Origin: Candidatus Marinacidobacterales bacterium | GTDB lineage: Bacteria; Acidobacteriota; Vicinamibacteria; Marinacidobacterales; SMYC01 | Assembly (NCBI GenBank): GCA_965237955.1 | Contig: OZ250169.1 | Span: 7,360,001-7,424,000, forward strand | Direction: 5' to 3' | DNA length: 64,000 nt | The notes under the pieces: generated by a model | What the model was told of the DNA's origin: nothing | The model's database searches: none | What the model saw: only the letters and a program-made list of their open reading frames with translations | In this document: one piece after another, positions 29,860-40,925 of the stretch | Layout: every line of letters starts with the position of its first letter | Numbering within the stretch: position 1 is the first letter of the stretch | Position numbers and translations under genes: made by a program

Positions 29860-32265
29860 TTAATCTCGTTCCCAAGTCCTGTATTCGTTCAGAGCACTCC
29901 ACTCGTCGCCCCGCCGTGAACGTCCCTTGAGATTGGGAGAGAAAGGAATTGTCGAAATGGCTTCGCTGAAACTGTGTGCTGTGGGGTTTCGTGGGTCGCT
30001 TCCATCAAGGGTGTAGTAGACCCTTTCCGCTCCCGCCGGGCGTCGGATAGTGACGCTGTCAGAAGCTCGTTCGAACACCGGCGGGTCGAGGGTGGGATAG
30101 TAATCATGGTCCCGAAGCGCTCGAATGAACCTTTCCACGTTTCCGTCCATCAAGTCTAGAACATAGTCCCGCGCCCGCTTCCAATGCACATCCCGCGTGC
30201 GGGGACGATTCTCCCTTCCGGGGCCCGCATCGCCCCAGCGGGCCGACTCACAAAACATCGCCGCTTCCACGTAGTCCGCTAGCTTTCGAAAATTGGTTTG
30301 GTTTATATGGTCCGCGAGGGGACCGCCATTGTAGCAGGCACGATAGACGCGATCCGCGAACTCCAGCCGGAACTCTGGGCTGTCCGCCAAAGCCATCCAT
30401 AGTTGGTGTAGCACGGACGTTCCGCCCGATACGAACTTGGGTGGAACCCAAGCCCCCGCATGCCCAACTTTGTCAGCAAGCCCGTAGGTATTCTCCGAAT
30501 CCCAGCAGAAATACAATCCGGCACCGGGAGGGTGAATCCGAATCCCTCCATACCAATTTCGTTTTCCCCAATCTCCCGTACCGGAAAACCAATTCAGCAG
30601 GATGTAGTCGCTAAACTGGGCCGTATTCAATAGGGTTTTCATCTCCCGGTATTTTGCGGGCTCCGAGAGGTCATGCTCACGCGCATAACGGTACATGGTG
30701 ATATACCAGCGCGGGTGGTTCGGCTTGCCGACTACGCCCGAATGGTTGATAGCAAACCAGTCAGCCGGATCGCCGCCATAGTACGAAGCGAGAAAACGCC
30801 GCTCTGGACGCTCCACCGCGTTATATACGCCCCAGTAAATCCCGTTCAGATAGAGATGCACGAAAATGCCGTGCGCAGCCGTACCGCTCAAAGAAAGCTG
30901 CGAGTCTCGAGCGTGTTGGTCGCGGACATAGACCGCCAATTCGCTCACTCCCGGCCAGACGAGGATCCTGCCTCTCGACCAGTTTTCTTCCCCCCCTGCC
31001 CGAAGAACGATGGTATTGAACTCTTTCACTGCAGATTCGGCATGATGCACGGCGCTCTCGAAAAAAGGGTATCTCAACATTCCTGGACCGAAATCTTTGC
31101 TGAAGACCAGGCGGAACGAGTTCTTTTCCTTGGGATGCGACCAACTATGCCTTCTAACTCCGCAATCGACCTGAAAGCCCTCGAAGTGGGAAAACTTACT
31201 GGGATAGAGGAGCTCAACCGAGGCGGGACGGGTCAGTGGACCCTTTCCAAAGTAGAGCCCTTGGCTCTCATTAAAGAGATGGTCCATGTCCATGACAATG
31301 GAGAGGGTGGGAATCGACGTCAGTCCTTCCACGAACTCCCGCTGGTTGCTCGTATTCACGACATCGGGATCGATCCCGATGTCGAGATCTGCGTACGGAG
31401 CCATATTGAAGGAGCGAAACGAAGCCGGATAATCGAATGGCAAGGTCGCCTGGTCCTTCACCGTGGTCGGAAAGATATAGGTATGGGTGTCAACGTTCGT
31501 GCTCCTCGCACCAGGTTTGTACGCCATGGCCCGAAGCACAGTCGTTTTATCCACAAGAACCTTGTTGCCGACGATTCCATGACTTACGCTCGGCTTACTG
31601 CCGTCGGTGGTATAGACGATCGTTGCGCCGGGAGTGGCGGTGGTGAGGATCACTTCGAAAGGGGTCTCATAGAAGCCGCGGTCGTGGCTGAACTTCGTAT
31701 CGCCTACTGAGTCCATCCGGCCGGGTCGGCGATGCCAATCATTGAAGAGCTCGACCGATTGCCCCAACCGGGCGTTCGCAGGCGCGCTCGCAAGAACCGG
31801 ATCGCCCCAAACCGGAACCAGTGACTGCCGATGCACCGCGCCCGAGGCGTCCAGCACAGGCCGCGCCGTGAATACCAGCGAGACCGCTCTCCCCTCCCAC
31901 GGAGTGAGATCAACCATGCGGTCGTTCCAACGATTCCCCTCCTGTGCAGCAAGGGTCTCGCGGAACACGCGGCTCCGCTTGCTATCGGCTTCGATCTCGA
32001 TCAGGAACTCTGTCGCAGGCAGGCCTGCACTGGGTGTGCCCAATACAGCCATCGAGAACTGGAGAACGGCGTTCTGTGGTACCTTCAGCGGGGACACACA
32101 CCTCGATCCGTCAAACGCTGTTCGGGACTTTCCTTCCAACTCCACTTCCATGGAAGGCTGAGAAGGAGCGAGAAGGGAAACAGCGCGCTCTCTCGATGAG
32201 TCGCTGCAAGCTGCGCCAAATGCTAGCAGCATCAGGACAAGCGTGCCGATTCGTCTCTCCATCAT
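29860..32265 (-). CDS. CotH-kinase-like lipoprotein with chitobiase/FN3-associated domains
   Basis: Lipobox LAFGAAC; FSHDRGFY..IVYTTDGSKP; VHLYLNGIYWGVYNAVER; DWGKRNW; WDSE; ESARWGD; YYTLDGSDPR. Confidence 0.78.
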   Translation of the reverse strand: MMERRIGTLVLMLLAFGAACSDSSRERAVSLLAPSQPSMEVELEGKSRTAFDGSRCVSPLKVPQNAVLQFSMAVLGTPSAGLPATEFLIEIEADSKRSRVFRETLAAQEGNRWNDRMVDLTPWEGRAVSLVFTARPVLDASGAVHRQSLVPVWGDPVLASAPANARLGQSVELFNDWHRRPGRMDSVGDTKFSHDRGFYETPFEVILTTATPGATIVYTTDGSKPSVSHGIVGNKVLVDKTTVLRAMAYKPGARSTNVDTHTYIFPTTVKDQATLPFDYPASFRSFNMAPYADLDIGIDPDVVNTSNQREFVEGLTSIPTLSIVMDMDHLFNESQGLYFGKGPLTRPASVELLYPSKFSHFEGFQVDCGVRRHSWSHPKEKNSFRLVFSKDFGPGMLRYPFFESAVHHAESAVKEFNTIVLRAGGEENWSRGRILVWPGVSELAVYVRDQHARDSQLSLSGTAAHGIFVHLYLNGIYWGVYNAVERPERRFLASYYGGDPADWFAINHSGVVGKPNHPRWYITMYRYAREHDLSEPAKYREMKTLLNTAQFSDYILLNWFSGTGDWGKRNWYGGIRIHPPGAGLYFCWDSENTYGLADKVGHAGAWVPPKFVSGGTSVLHQLWMALADSPEFRLEFADRVYRACYNGGPLADHINQTNFRKLADYVEAAMFCESARWGDAGPGRENRPRTRDVHWKRARDYVLDLMDGNVERFIRALRDHDYYPTLDPPVFERASDSVTIRRPAGAERVYYTLDGSDPRNPTAHSFSEAISTIPFSPNLKGRSRRGDEWSALNEYRTWERD

Positions 32266-32637
32266 TACGTTGCGAGGGCCAGCTGGTGCCGTCGGCACGA
32301 TTGACCTGCCGACAAGAATTGTAGCACTTTGAAGTTGGGGACATGGGATCATGGTGACCGCACTGGGCGGGCAAAAGGCACGCCAGAGTGACCCCACGCG
32401 GCGGCCAGCGCGGGAGCATCGTGACCGTTGGTTGAAGACTCAGATTCAGCGTGTGCTGTGTGCCGGGGAAGAGCCGCAGGAGGTCGGGACCCAGGTTGAG
32501 GCCCAATCCGAGAAAAGTAAGGACATCAAGGGTGTCCAGGTACACCTAGACCAGAACGTGTTAGCCTGCTATATTTCGTGGTCACTCCGGCCTCGATTCT
32601 GGCCTCTCGGGTGGCTTCTTTTCCGCTGCCGCACGGC

Positions 32638-33062
32638 TGTGCTCCGCAAAAAGTCGATCCAGTGTTGATTGCGCGGTATAGACTTGCCATGATCGGTGGC
32701 TGCTTCGCGCCGGTTGACCCGACGACGGCACCGATGGGTGCTTCCGCGGTCAAATATTGGCGGCCGCCGCGTAACCCGTTCGCATGCTAGAGTTTCAGCC
32801 TGATTTCGAGAGGCGCAGTTCTTTCGTCGATTGTGCTCCGCAAAAAGTCGATCCAGCGTTGATTGCGCGGTTTAGACCTGCCATGATCAGCTGCTTCGCG
32901 CCGATCAACCCGACAAGGCCACCTGCGTCTTATGAACGTGGAGAGGCTCCCTCGGGCCAGACGATTGTAAAGCCTACGGCCCTTGGCCCGGTCGCAAACA
33001 CAGACACTAAGCTGCTGATTTATGGTCTATTTCAAAAGGGCCGAGTTTTGGCACAGGACGGG
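32638..33062 (+). mobile_element. Non-autonomous element ends: two ~85-bp left-end-like copies (32638, 32832) and one right-end-like copy (33007-33062)
   Basis: TGTGCTCCGCAAAAAGTCGATCCAG.GTTGATTGCGCGGT.TAGAC.TGCCATGATC is duplicated; 13/20 inverted match to CGTCCTGTGCCAAAACTCGG. Confidence 0.5.
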
Positions 33063-33079
33063 AGTGGCGGAATCGGCGG

Positions 33080-33352
33080 TCAGTGTTTTGGAGGAGCGCG
33101 GGAGTTGCCGTTTCGCTTGTCCAAGTGGTCGAGAATTTTTCTAATGATTTTGTGCTCGGTGATAAAGCCGATGACGCGTAGGGTCCCTCCGCACTGACAT
33201 TTCAAAGGGTCAACTTGATAGACGCGTTTGATGAGCTGCGCCCAACTTTTTCTGAGAGCGGCCCGTTTTTTTGGTGAGAGCTCGGGTTCGGCCTTGGATT
33301 TTGAATGGTCGTTGTCACCGAGGGAGTGAAGGGTGATGGCGCGTTTTTTTCG
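33080..33352 (-). pseudogene. IS91-like transposase C-terminal fragment (second type)
   Basis: PELSPKKRAALRKSWAQLIKRVYQVDPLKCQCGGTLRVIGFITEHKIIRKILDHL..RAPP; not listed in the ORF track. Confidence 0.8.
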
Positions 33353-33672
33353 TCAGGCACGCGGTTTTCGTGGTGTTTGATCCCCCAGGTGGTCCGGATA
33401 CCCTTGGTGTCCAGCAAATCCTTCAATCCGTACGGAATGCCATGGAGTGGTCCTCGGTAGTGACCGCTAGCGATCTCCTGTTCTGCTTGCCGCGCCTCAC
33501 GGAGGGCGAGCTCTTCGGTCACGGTGATGACCGCCAGCAGATGAGGATCCAACCTCTTGATCCGGTTGAGGTAGAGCTGAGTTAGCTCCACCGGCGACAC
33601 TTTTCCGGATCGGACCTGGCGTGACAGCTCGGTCACACTCAAAAAAGCCACGTCTTCCGGTGCCATGTCCAC
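33353..33672 (-). pseudogene. Amidase (GatA-like) N-terminal fragment
   Basis: VSPVELTQLYLNRI..RGPLHGIPYGLKDLLDTKGIRTTWG, then breaks into IS91-like sequence. Confidence 0.85.
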
Positions 33673-33959
33673 CTCCTAAAGGGCCACAAGGAATCAGGGA
33701 TAAGCGTCGAGTGTCTGACCTTCCCCAACAAGGTTCGGCTGCTGTATGATGTCCGCCACTAGTTGGGGGGACATGGGATTTCCGGTATACCCCGAATTGT
33801 TTGAGATTACCACCGGAATGTCGACGGCTCCGGCTTCGTCGGAATTGGGTCGGCGCGGCCGGCACTTGCCTGGAGCCTTCTTCTCACATACTATCGGCCG
33901 GCAATGGGGTCGAGCCGGGGACGACTGGCCCGAATCGAACGGTTATCAGGAGTAAAATC

Positions 33960-35168
33960 ATGAAATTCGAGCAAGCTCTTTATCTAACGGCAGCAACTCT
34001 CCTATGCGTAGTGGCCATGGGATGCGCACAGGCGGCGATTCAGGAGACGGCGACTGCCGGGGATGAGGTGACGAGCATACCGCAGTTCAAAGTCGACCCC
34101 TTCTGGCCGAAGCCGTTGCCCAACAACTGGCTTGCGGGAGAGATTGCCGGAATAGCCGTCGACTCGGACGATCACATCTTGGTCCTTCAGCGTCCGGGGA
34201 CCCTGGATGAGGGCGAGCTGGGCGCGGCGCAGTCTCCGCCCATCTCGGTTTGTTGTATGCCGGCTCCCCCGGTTCTGGAGTTCGATGCCGAGGGCAATCT
34301 TCTCGACTCTTGGGGTGGTCCTGGGGAGGGCTACGACTGGCCCGGTATCGAGCACGGACTCGCGATCGACTACAAGGGCAACGTATGGGTCGGCGGGGAA
34401 GGCTCACGCGACCCGGAGACCGGCACAGGCCACAGCCTGCACGGGGACGACGAGCCGATGTGCAAAGACCACCAGGTGCTGAAGTTCAGCCGTGATGGCA
34501 AATTCCTTCTCCAGATCGGAACGTCTGGAAGGACCGGCGGCAGCAACAATACGGAGTTTCTGGGACACCCCGCGGACATGGAAGTCGATCCCGAGACGAA
34601 CGAAGTCTACGTGACCGACGGCTATCTGAACAGGCGCGTGATCGTTTTCGACGCGGATACGGGGGAGTACAAGCGGCACTGGGGAGCCTACGGAAACGTG
34701 CCGGACGATACCGATCTCGGCGCCTACGATCCGAGCGCTCCCCCCTCACAGCAGTTCCGTCCCGTCGTGCACGACGTTCGGATCTCAAACGACGGGCTCG
34801 TATATATCGCGGATCGCGTCAACAACCGTATTCAGATTTTTCAAAAAGACGGCACCTTCGTGAAAGAGGTTATTATCGCCAAGGACACCTTGTACGGACG
34901 CGGATCGGTGTGGGATGTGGATTTTTCACCGGATGACAAGCAGACGTTTCTCTATAACGCCGATGGAGTCAACCAGCGAGTCTGGATCCTGCGACGAGAA
35001 GACCTGGAGATTCTCGGGTCCTTCGGCCGCACCGGCCGGAACGCCGGTCAATTCCATTGGGTGCACAAGTTAGCAGTGGACTCACAAGGCAACATCTACA
35101 CCGGCGAGGTGAACCAGGGACGGCGCCTCCAGAAGTTCGTTTTACAGAACAAAGCGGCGACCGACTAG
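33960..35168 (+). CDS. NHL-repeat beta-propeller lipoprotein (PAL-like)
   Basis: VVAMGC lipobox; FKVDPFWPKPLPNNW, EHG, DGYLNRRVIVFD, ADRVNNRIQIF, GQFHWVH..DSQGNIYTGEV. Confidence 0.85.
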   Translation: MKFEQALYLTAATLLCVVAMGCAQAAIQETATAGDEVTSIPQFKVDPFWPKPLPNNWLAGEIAGIAVDSDDHILVLQRPGTLDEGELGAAQSPPISVCCMPAPPVLEFDAEGNLLDSWGGPGEGYDWPGIEHGLAIDYKGNVWVGGEGSRDPETGTGHSLHGDDEPMCKDHQVLKFSRDGKFLLQIGTSGRTGGSNNTEFLGHPADMEVDPETNEVYVTDGYLNRRVIVFDADTGEYKRHWGAYGNVPDDTDLGAYDPSAPPSQQFRPVVHDVRISNDGLVYIADRVNNRIQIFQKDGTFVKEVIIAKDTLYGRGSVWDVDFSPDDKQTFLYNADGVNQRVWILRREDLEILGSFGRTGRNAGQFHWVHKLAVDSQGNIYTGEVNQGRRLQKFVLQNKAATD

Positions 35169-35297
35169 TCCCCTGGATCTTTGATTACTATACAAAGTTA
35201 GGCTTTTCGCCAGCCCATAAGATTCATAAGATTCATGCACTTAGAAGGGTTTCGGCAAGCTCTGCTTTATCTAGTTTGTTCTGATACAGGGGACTAG
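35165..35297 (+). mobile_element. 133-bp MITE type 1 (IS630-related), copy a
   Basis: CTAGTCCCCTG...CAGGGGACTAG; near-identical inverted copy at 54961-55093; one end matches the IS630 end at 51463. Confidence 0.88.
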
Positions 35298-35598
35298 TGG
35301 TTTGACGATCTGAAATCGCCACCAGCAAGGTCTGTCGTTGTGAGTGCCCATCTCCTTGTGCTATCATGCCTGTGGTACCGGTGGACGCAATCTCGCGCTG
35401 GCAGGTAAGGCCGATAAGAGACAGGTGACAAGGAGACCAGAGATGTCGATGTACCAGCGCCGTCGTTTGTGGTCAACAGCTGGCGAGCCTGGGAATCAGG
35501 CCGTTGGCATCGTCCCTCGAAACCATGGTACGGCTTGCAGCCGGAGTGCAGTACCCCACGAAGATCACCCCCACCCTCAAGATGGGAGGACTCCGACC

Positions 35599-37341
35599 AT
35601 GACCCAGCTCGCCGCCCTTCTGCTCCTCGTCCTGCTCGCTCTCGTTGTCCCCCTGCCCGTCCATGCCCAGTGCCCCCCCGGCACGGTGGCCGCGCCGGCG
35701 AGCTTCGAAACCATCATCCAGCCCGCCCTGGCCGTAGACACCAATCCGTCGGCGGACGTGGTGGAAGTCTTCCTCACCGCTCGCGAAGCCATGGTGGACT
35801 ACGGCACCGGCAACCAGACCCTGGTGTGGACCTACAACGGCGTCGTGCCGGGGCCAACGATCGAGGCCGAGGTGGGCAACACCCTGATCGTGAACTTCTG
35901 CAACAACCTGCCGGACGAGACGACCATCCACTGGCATGGCATCGAGACCCCGGCGAACATGGATGGCTCCAACATCTCCCAGCTCAGCGTGCCCCCCGGC
36001 GGCACCTTCCGCTACGAGCTTCCGCTGCTGGTAGCGGGGACCTTCTGGTACCACCCGCACATCCGAACCGACAGCCAGGTCGAGCGCGGGCTCCACGCCC
36101 TTCTGATCGTCCGCGATCCGGTCGAGGACACGGCGCTCGGGCTGCCGACGAGAGAGCACCTCTTCGTGCTCGACGACACGTTGCTCGACGCCTCCGGCCA
36201 GGTGGTCCCGCCCCGCACCAGCGGCGGCGACAGGGCGACGGTGGCCCTCGAGATTCTCAACGGCCGGGAGGGTAGCATCCCCCTGTTGAACGGGGTTTCC
36301 AGGCCGCTCCTCACCATGGAGAGTGGAGTGCCCCACCGCATCCGCATCCTCAACGCCGCCAACTCGCGCATCATGCGCATGGGCTTCGTCGACCACATGA
36401 TGTGGCGCATCGGCGGCGACCAGGGCCTGCTCGAGCGACCGATCGAGATCCAGCCACCGCTCTCCGACAGCCCAACGGGTGCGCCGTCGGGCGAGCCCGG
36501 ATTCTCCGACCCCAACCCCAGCACGGGCCTCTTCATCACCCCGGGCGAGCGGGCCGACGTGGTCTTCGTGCCCACCGGCTCGGGCTCCATCTCGTTCCTG
36601 TGGCACGACACCCGGCGCGGCCGCCACTCCGTCTCGTTCGCCTCCGACGGCGTCTGCCCCGAGGGAGGCAGACTTTGCCGTGAGGGCGTGTCCCTGGCCC
36701 ACAACCTGCCCGACGGCACCCTGCCCTGGCTCGTCTACGCCCAGATCGACCTCTTCGGCGCGAACGCTACCACCTATACCCCGCCAGCGGAACTCCGAAC
36801 CATCCAGCGCATCGACACGACCGGCGCGACGGCGCTGCCGCTGATCCTGGGTCACACCTTTCCCAACTTCAACAGCGGCGAGCTGGCCGCCTTCATCCAG
36901 GGTCCCGGCAAACCCTTCGCACTCGTGACGCCCGAGGACGCCCACAAAGTAAGGGCCGGTGGCACCTACGTGTGGGAGGTCAGGAACCTCACCGACGGAC
37001 TCCACAACTTCCACCTCCACGGCTGGAGCTTCCAGAAGATCGAGACCGAGTGGGTGGATTTGGACGATCCCGGGAACCCCGTGAAAAACTTCGTGGTGCC
37101 GGCCCGCTTCCTGGAGAACAAGGACACCCAGCTCCTGCCAGGGCGCTTAGGCACCGTCATTGGCCGGAGCTGGACTACCTCGCGCTTCGCCGTCACCTTC
37201 GTCGACACCGGCCGCCCGGGTCAGGTGGAGGCGGCGGGCAAAGCGCCCACGGCCCAGCGCTCCGGCGGCTGGCTCATCCACTGCCACATCCTGGAGCACT
37301 CCGCCGCCGGCATGATGAGCTTTTTCGAGGTCTCCAACTAA
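35599..37341 (+). CDS. Three-domain multicopper oxidase
   Basis: IHWHG, WYHPH, HNFHLHG, HCHILEHSAAGM; Sec-type signal peptide; GGGAGG RBS. Confidence 0.93.
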   Translation: MTQLAALLLLVLLALVVPLPVHAQCPPGTVAAPASFETIIQPALAVDTNPSADVVEVFLTAREAMVDYGTGNQTLVWTYNGVVPGPTIEAEVGNTLIVNFCNNLPDETTIHWHGIETPANMDGSNISQLSVPPGGTFRYELPLLVAGTFWYHPHIRTDSQVERGLHALLIVRDPVEDTALGLPTREHLFVLDDTLLDASGQVVPPRTSGGDRATVALEILNGREGSIPLLNGVSRPLLTMESGVPHRIRILNAANSRIMRMGFVDHMMWRIGGDQGLLERPIEIQPPLSDSPTGAPSGEPGFSDPNPSTGLFITPGERADVVFVPTGSGSISFLWHDTRRGRHSVSFASDGVCPEGGRLCREGVSLAHNLPDGTLPWLVYAQIDLFGANATTYTPPAELRTIQRIDTTGATALPLILGHTFPNFNSGELAAFIQGPGKPFALVTPEDAHKVRAGGTYVWEVRNLTDGLHNFHLHGWSFQKIETEWVDLDDPGNPVKNFVVPARFLENKDTQLLPGRLGTVIGRSWTTSRFAVTFVDTGRPGQVEAAGKAPTAQRSGGWLIHCHILEHSAAGMMSFFEVSN

Positions 37342-37489
37342 GGACTCGAAGACGTAGTACATTCCGGTAGCGGCCTCGTAGTACAGGCCTCCCATCGCAC
37401 CGGGCAGGGTTACCTGGTGGTAGTCGACGACGTTTGAAGAAGGACTGCGGTGACAAAAGCATCGACGGCGTTTCCTGACGATCCCATCC

Positions 37490-38563
37490 TTAGTAGCGAT
37501 CGAAGTAGCTCTGGATCGCGACCGGATCCTGTGTCTTCAGCAGCGCAAGCTTGAGAAGTACACGTGCCTTGGGAGCGTTGAGATCGCCGGAGGCTACGGT
37601 CCCGACCTCGTCGTCATTGACCTCTCCGTTGCGTCCCACCATCCCGCTCGGCACCCTGGTGGAGCGAACCACGACCACGCCCTTCTCGATCGCTCGCTTG
37701 ACGGCCTCGAGCGCCGGGCCAGTCATATTGCCGTTGCCCACGCCGGCCATGACCAGGCCATTCGCGCCATTGGCTACCGCGCTGTCGATGAGATCCGGCG
37801 ACACGTCGGCATTGATGTAGATGATGTCGACCCTGGGAAGAGACCTCACTCCTTGAATCGAGAACTCACTCTTCGCCGTATGGGTTCGATACGGCTTGCG
37901 GAAGTACCGACTGACGCCGTAGAGCGATACGCCGATTTGGCCGCGCTCCGGTGACTGGAACGTCTGCACGTCGGTCGTGCTTGTCTTTGTGATACCCCGC
38001 GCACCGTGGATGTCGTCATTGGCCACGATCAGCACACCGCGGCCCTTCGCCTCCGGGTCGGCCGCTACGGCAACCGCGTTGAAGATGTTCAGAGGGCCGT
38101 CCGCTGACAGCGCGGTGGACGGTCGCATCGACGCGGTCAAGACTACCGGCTTGTCACTCCTCACCACCAGATTCAGAAAGTAGCCGGTCTCTTCGATGGT
38201 GTCGGTGCCATGTGTGATTACGACGCCATCGACCCCGGGGGACGCCACGAGCTCGCTGACCCTCGTCGCGAGCTCGAGCCAGATTGCGTCGGACATGTCC
38301 TGGCTGCCCACGTTTGCGACCTGCTCTCCGCTGACGTCTGCCAGTTCCCTGATCTGTGGCACCGCCTCGAGCAGGACGTCGACACCGACCTGCCCTGACG
38401 AATATCCGGCCTGGGTCTGGGTTTCAGCGGACCCCGCGATGGTGCCACCGGTTGCCAGGATGACGACGTTCGGCTTGGCCGGATCGTCGCCGGCTTGGGC
38501 GCCTAGGGCGATCAAAATGGCCACAGCCGCGCTCACAACGATCACGATCTTGTGGGTATTCAC
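37490..38563 (-). CDS. ansB: Type II L-asparaginase/glutaminase
   Basis: Signal peptide; ATGGTIAG, HGTDT, SMRPSTALSADGPLN, GVGNGN, LNAPKARVLL. Confidence 0.92.
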   Translation of the reverse strand: MNTHKIVIVVSAAVAILIALGAQAGDDPAKPNVVILATGGTIAGSAETQTQAGYSSGQVGVDVLLEAVPQIRELADVSGEQVANVGSQDMSDAIWLELATRVSELVASPGVDGVVITHGTDTIEETGYFLNLVVRSDKPVVLTASMRPSTALSADGPLNIFNAVAVAADPEAKGRGVLIVANDDIHGARGITKTSTTDVQTFQSPERGQIGVSLYGVSRYFRKPYRTHTAKSEFSIQGVRSLPRVDIIYINADVSPDLIDSAVANGANGLVMAGVGNGNMTGPALEAVKRAIEKGVVVVRSTRVPSGMVGRNGEVNDDEVGTVASGDLNAPKARVLLKLALLKTQDPVAIQSYFDRY

Positions 38564-39367
38564 GGTGTTTCGGTGCTCTGAGCCATGAGAAATGTTACCA
38601 CGCAACGAACCAGGCTATCCGTCTGGGACGCCACGCGTATCGGCTCTGTTCTCTTGGCCGCATGCTTGCCAATCCGGAGACCTAGCACTTGGCGCTGAGC
38701 TCGTCGTTGACGGCTGCGGGGCGATTGTTTCGGGCATGTTTTCTTCGTCGTCGCGCGTAGTGGCCGTAGTAGAAGATCGAATGTTGATCGGTCTTCCGGA
38801 GTACATAGCCGTGAAGGTCACGCCGCCCTATGAGGCGCCTGAGGGACCAAAGCCGCCATCCACGAGCGCGCCCGAATCACCGACACCGCCGAGTATAAGC
38901 ACCGAGCTCTTCGCGCCGGCGGAGGTCGCTAATACGATTACCGAGCCGCCGGAGTTCCATGGTGGCGGTCTCGGCGTCGACGGCGGGATACCGTTCTCCG
39001 ACATCATGTCGCTCGACACGCTTCAGCCAAGGCTACCGCCGGTTGAATCATCGGCACCCGTCGTCATCGGCGGTGAGCTGAAGCCGCCGCGAAAGATCCA
39101 CGGCGTGACCCCGATCTACCCCGCCATCGCCAGGCAGGCCCGCAAGGTGCGTATTCCGGGGCATCGTGAACGCAGATTCCAGCCGAAGGTGAACATCCAT
39201 TCCAAAGCATCGTGAACACGGATTCCGGGGATCGTGAACATCGATTCCGGGGAAGGTGAACACGGATTCCAGGCAACGTGAACGCCGGTTCCGGCATCGC
39301 GAACGCTCATCGATAGCACGTTTCAAGGCAACTCTAGGTCGTACCCGGAAGGAGGACGATCTAGGAA

Positions 39368-40925
39368 ATGGCAGCTAAGAGGTTATCGATGAGAAAAATA
39401 CGAGAGGTTCTAAGGTTAAAGTACGAGCTGGGTTTTACTCACCGCATGATCGCAAAGGCACTTCGCGTGGCGGTTGGAACGGTGAGTGAGTACCTGGCCA
39501 AGGCGAAGAAGGGTGGTCTGAGCTGGCCGCTCCCGGAGGAGCTGAGCGAAGGGGAGCTGGAGGCAGGGCTGTTTCCGCCGCCGGGCTCGTCTGGCGCACG
39601 GCCGGGTCTGGACTATGCCCACATCCACGAGGAGCTGAGGCGTCACCGAGAGCTGACGTTGCTGCAGCTGTGGGTGGAGTACGCGGAGAATAAGCCGGGA
39701 GCGTACGGCTACAGCCGTTATTGCGAGCTGTACGGTCAGTGGAAGAAGAAGCTGAACCCGACGATGCGTCAACGGCATCGAGCAGGCGAGAAGACATTCG
39801 TCGATTTTTCGGGGAAGAAGCCTCACATCGTCGATCCGAAAACGGGAGAGCTCGTCGAAATGGAGCTGTTCGTCGGGACGTTGGGCGCGAGCAGTTACAC
39901 CTACGTCGAAGCGACACTGAACCAGTCGCTGGAATCGTGGGCTGAAGGCCCATAAGGGGATGTCGGATTACTTCGGTGGCAGTACGGAGATCTGGGTTCC
40001 GGACAACTTGAAGAGCGGCGTGGATTTGGTGGACCGTTACGAGCCAGGGATCAACCGGACGTACGAAGAGCTGGCGACGCATTACGGTGCGGTTGTGGTC
40101 CCGGCTCGGGTGTTCAAGCCGAAAGACAAAGCGAAGGTGGAGTCGGCAGTGCAGGTGGCGCAGCGCTGGATCCTGGCGGTGCTTCGTCATCGCACGTTCT
40201 TCAGCCTGGCGGAACTGAACGAAGCCATCTGGGAGAAGTTAGAGGTCCTGAATGCGCGTCCGATGCAGAAGCTCGGTGTGAGTCGGCGGGAGTTGTACGA
40301 AAGGCTAGACCGGCCCGTACTGAAACCGCTACCGCAGGAGAGCTACGAGTTATCGACGTGGAAGCGGTGCAGAGTGAACATCGACTACCACGTGGAGGTG
40401 GAGAACAACTTGTACAGCGTTCCCTATCAGCTCATTCACGAGAAAGTCGAGGCACGGGTGACGGCCTCGGTGGTGGAGGTCCTGTTCAAGGGAAAGCGCG
40501 TCGCGTCGCATCCCCGCAAGAAAGGAAAGGGGCACTACTCCACGAACCCGGAGCATATGCCACGTTCGCATCGGGAGCACCTGGAGTGGACGCCGTCGCG
40601 GCTGCTCCACTGGGCGGAGCAGTCAGGTCGCGCCACGGGAAGGCTGGTTGCGGGGATTCTAGAGAGTCGGCCTCACCCGGAGCAGGGATTTCGCTCTTGC
40701 CTGGGAGTCATGCGACTAGGCAGCCGCTGGGGCAGTGAGCGTCTCGAGGCCGCTTGCGCACGAGCGGAAGCTTTGAGCTCTTACAGCTATCGCACGGTGA
40801 AAAACATTCTCTCGGCTGGTCTGGATCGTGTGGTGCTCGAATCGGACGCCGAAGCGAAACCGCGAGAGGAGCACGAGAACATCCGAGGCGCGGATCACTA
40901 CGAAGGAGGAGAGTCCCGATGCTGA
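39368..40925 (+). pseudogene. istA: IS21 transposase IstA with a 1-bp frameshift near 39940
   Basis: MRKIREVLRL, MRQRHRAGEKTFVDFSG, VPDNLKSGV, PKDKAKVE; split into 39368-39955 and 39960-40925. Confidence 0.88.

Noticed and set aside
32390-32550. RRPAREHRDRWLKTQIQRV, resembling an IS3 orfB fragment
   Set aside because: Too short to call with confidence.
32333-33779. AGTTGGGG(GG)ACATGGGAT seen at ~32333 and ~33761
   Set aside because: Short, gapped and only two occurrences; cannot be distinguished from chance.
39148-39310. About seven regularly spaced GTGAAC..ATTCC repeats resembling a CRISPR array
   Set aside because: ~22-bp period with no unique spacers, no cas genes, and located at the IS21 left end: these are subterminal transposase-binding repeats.
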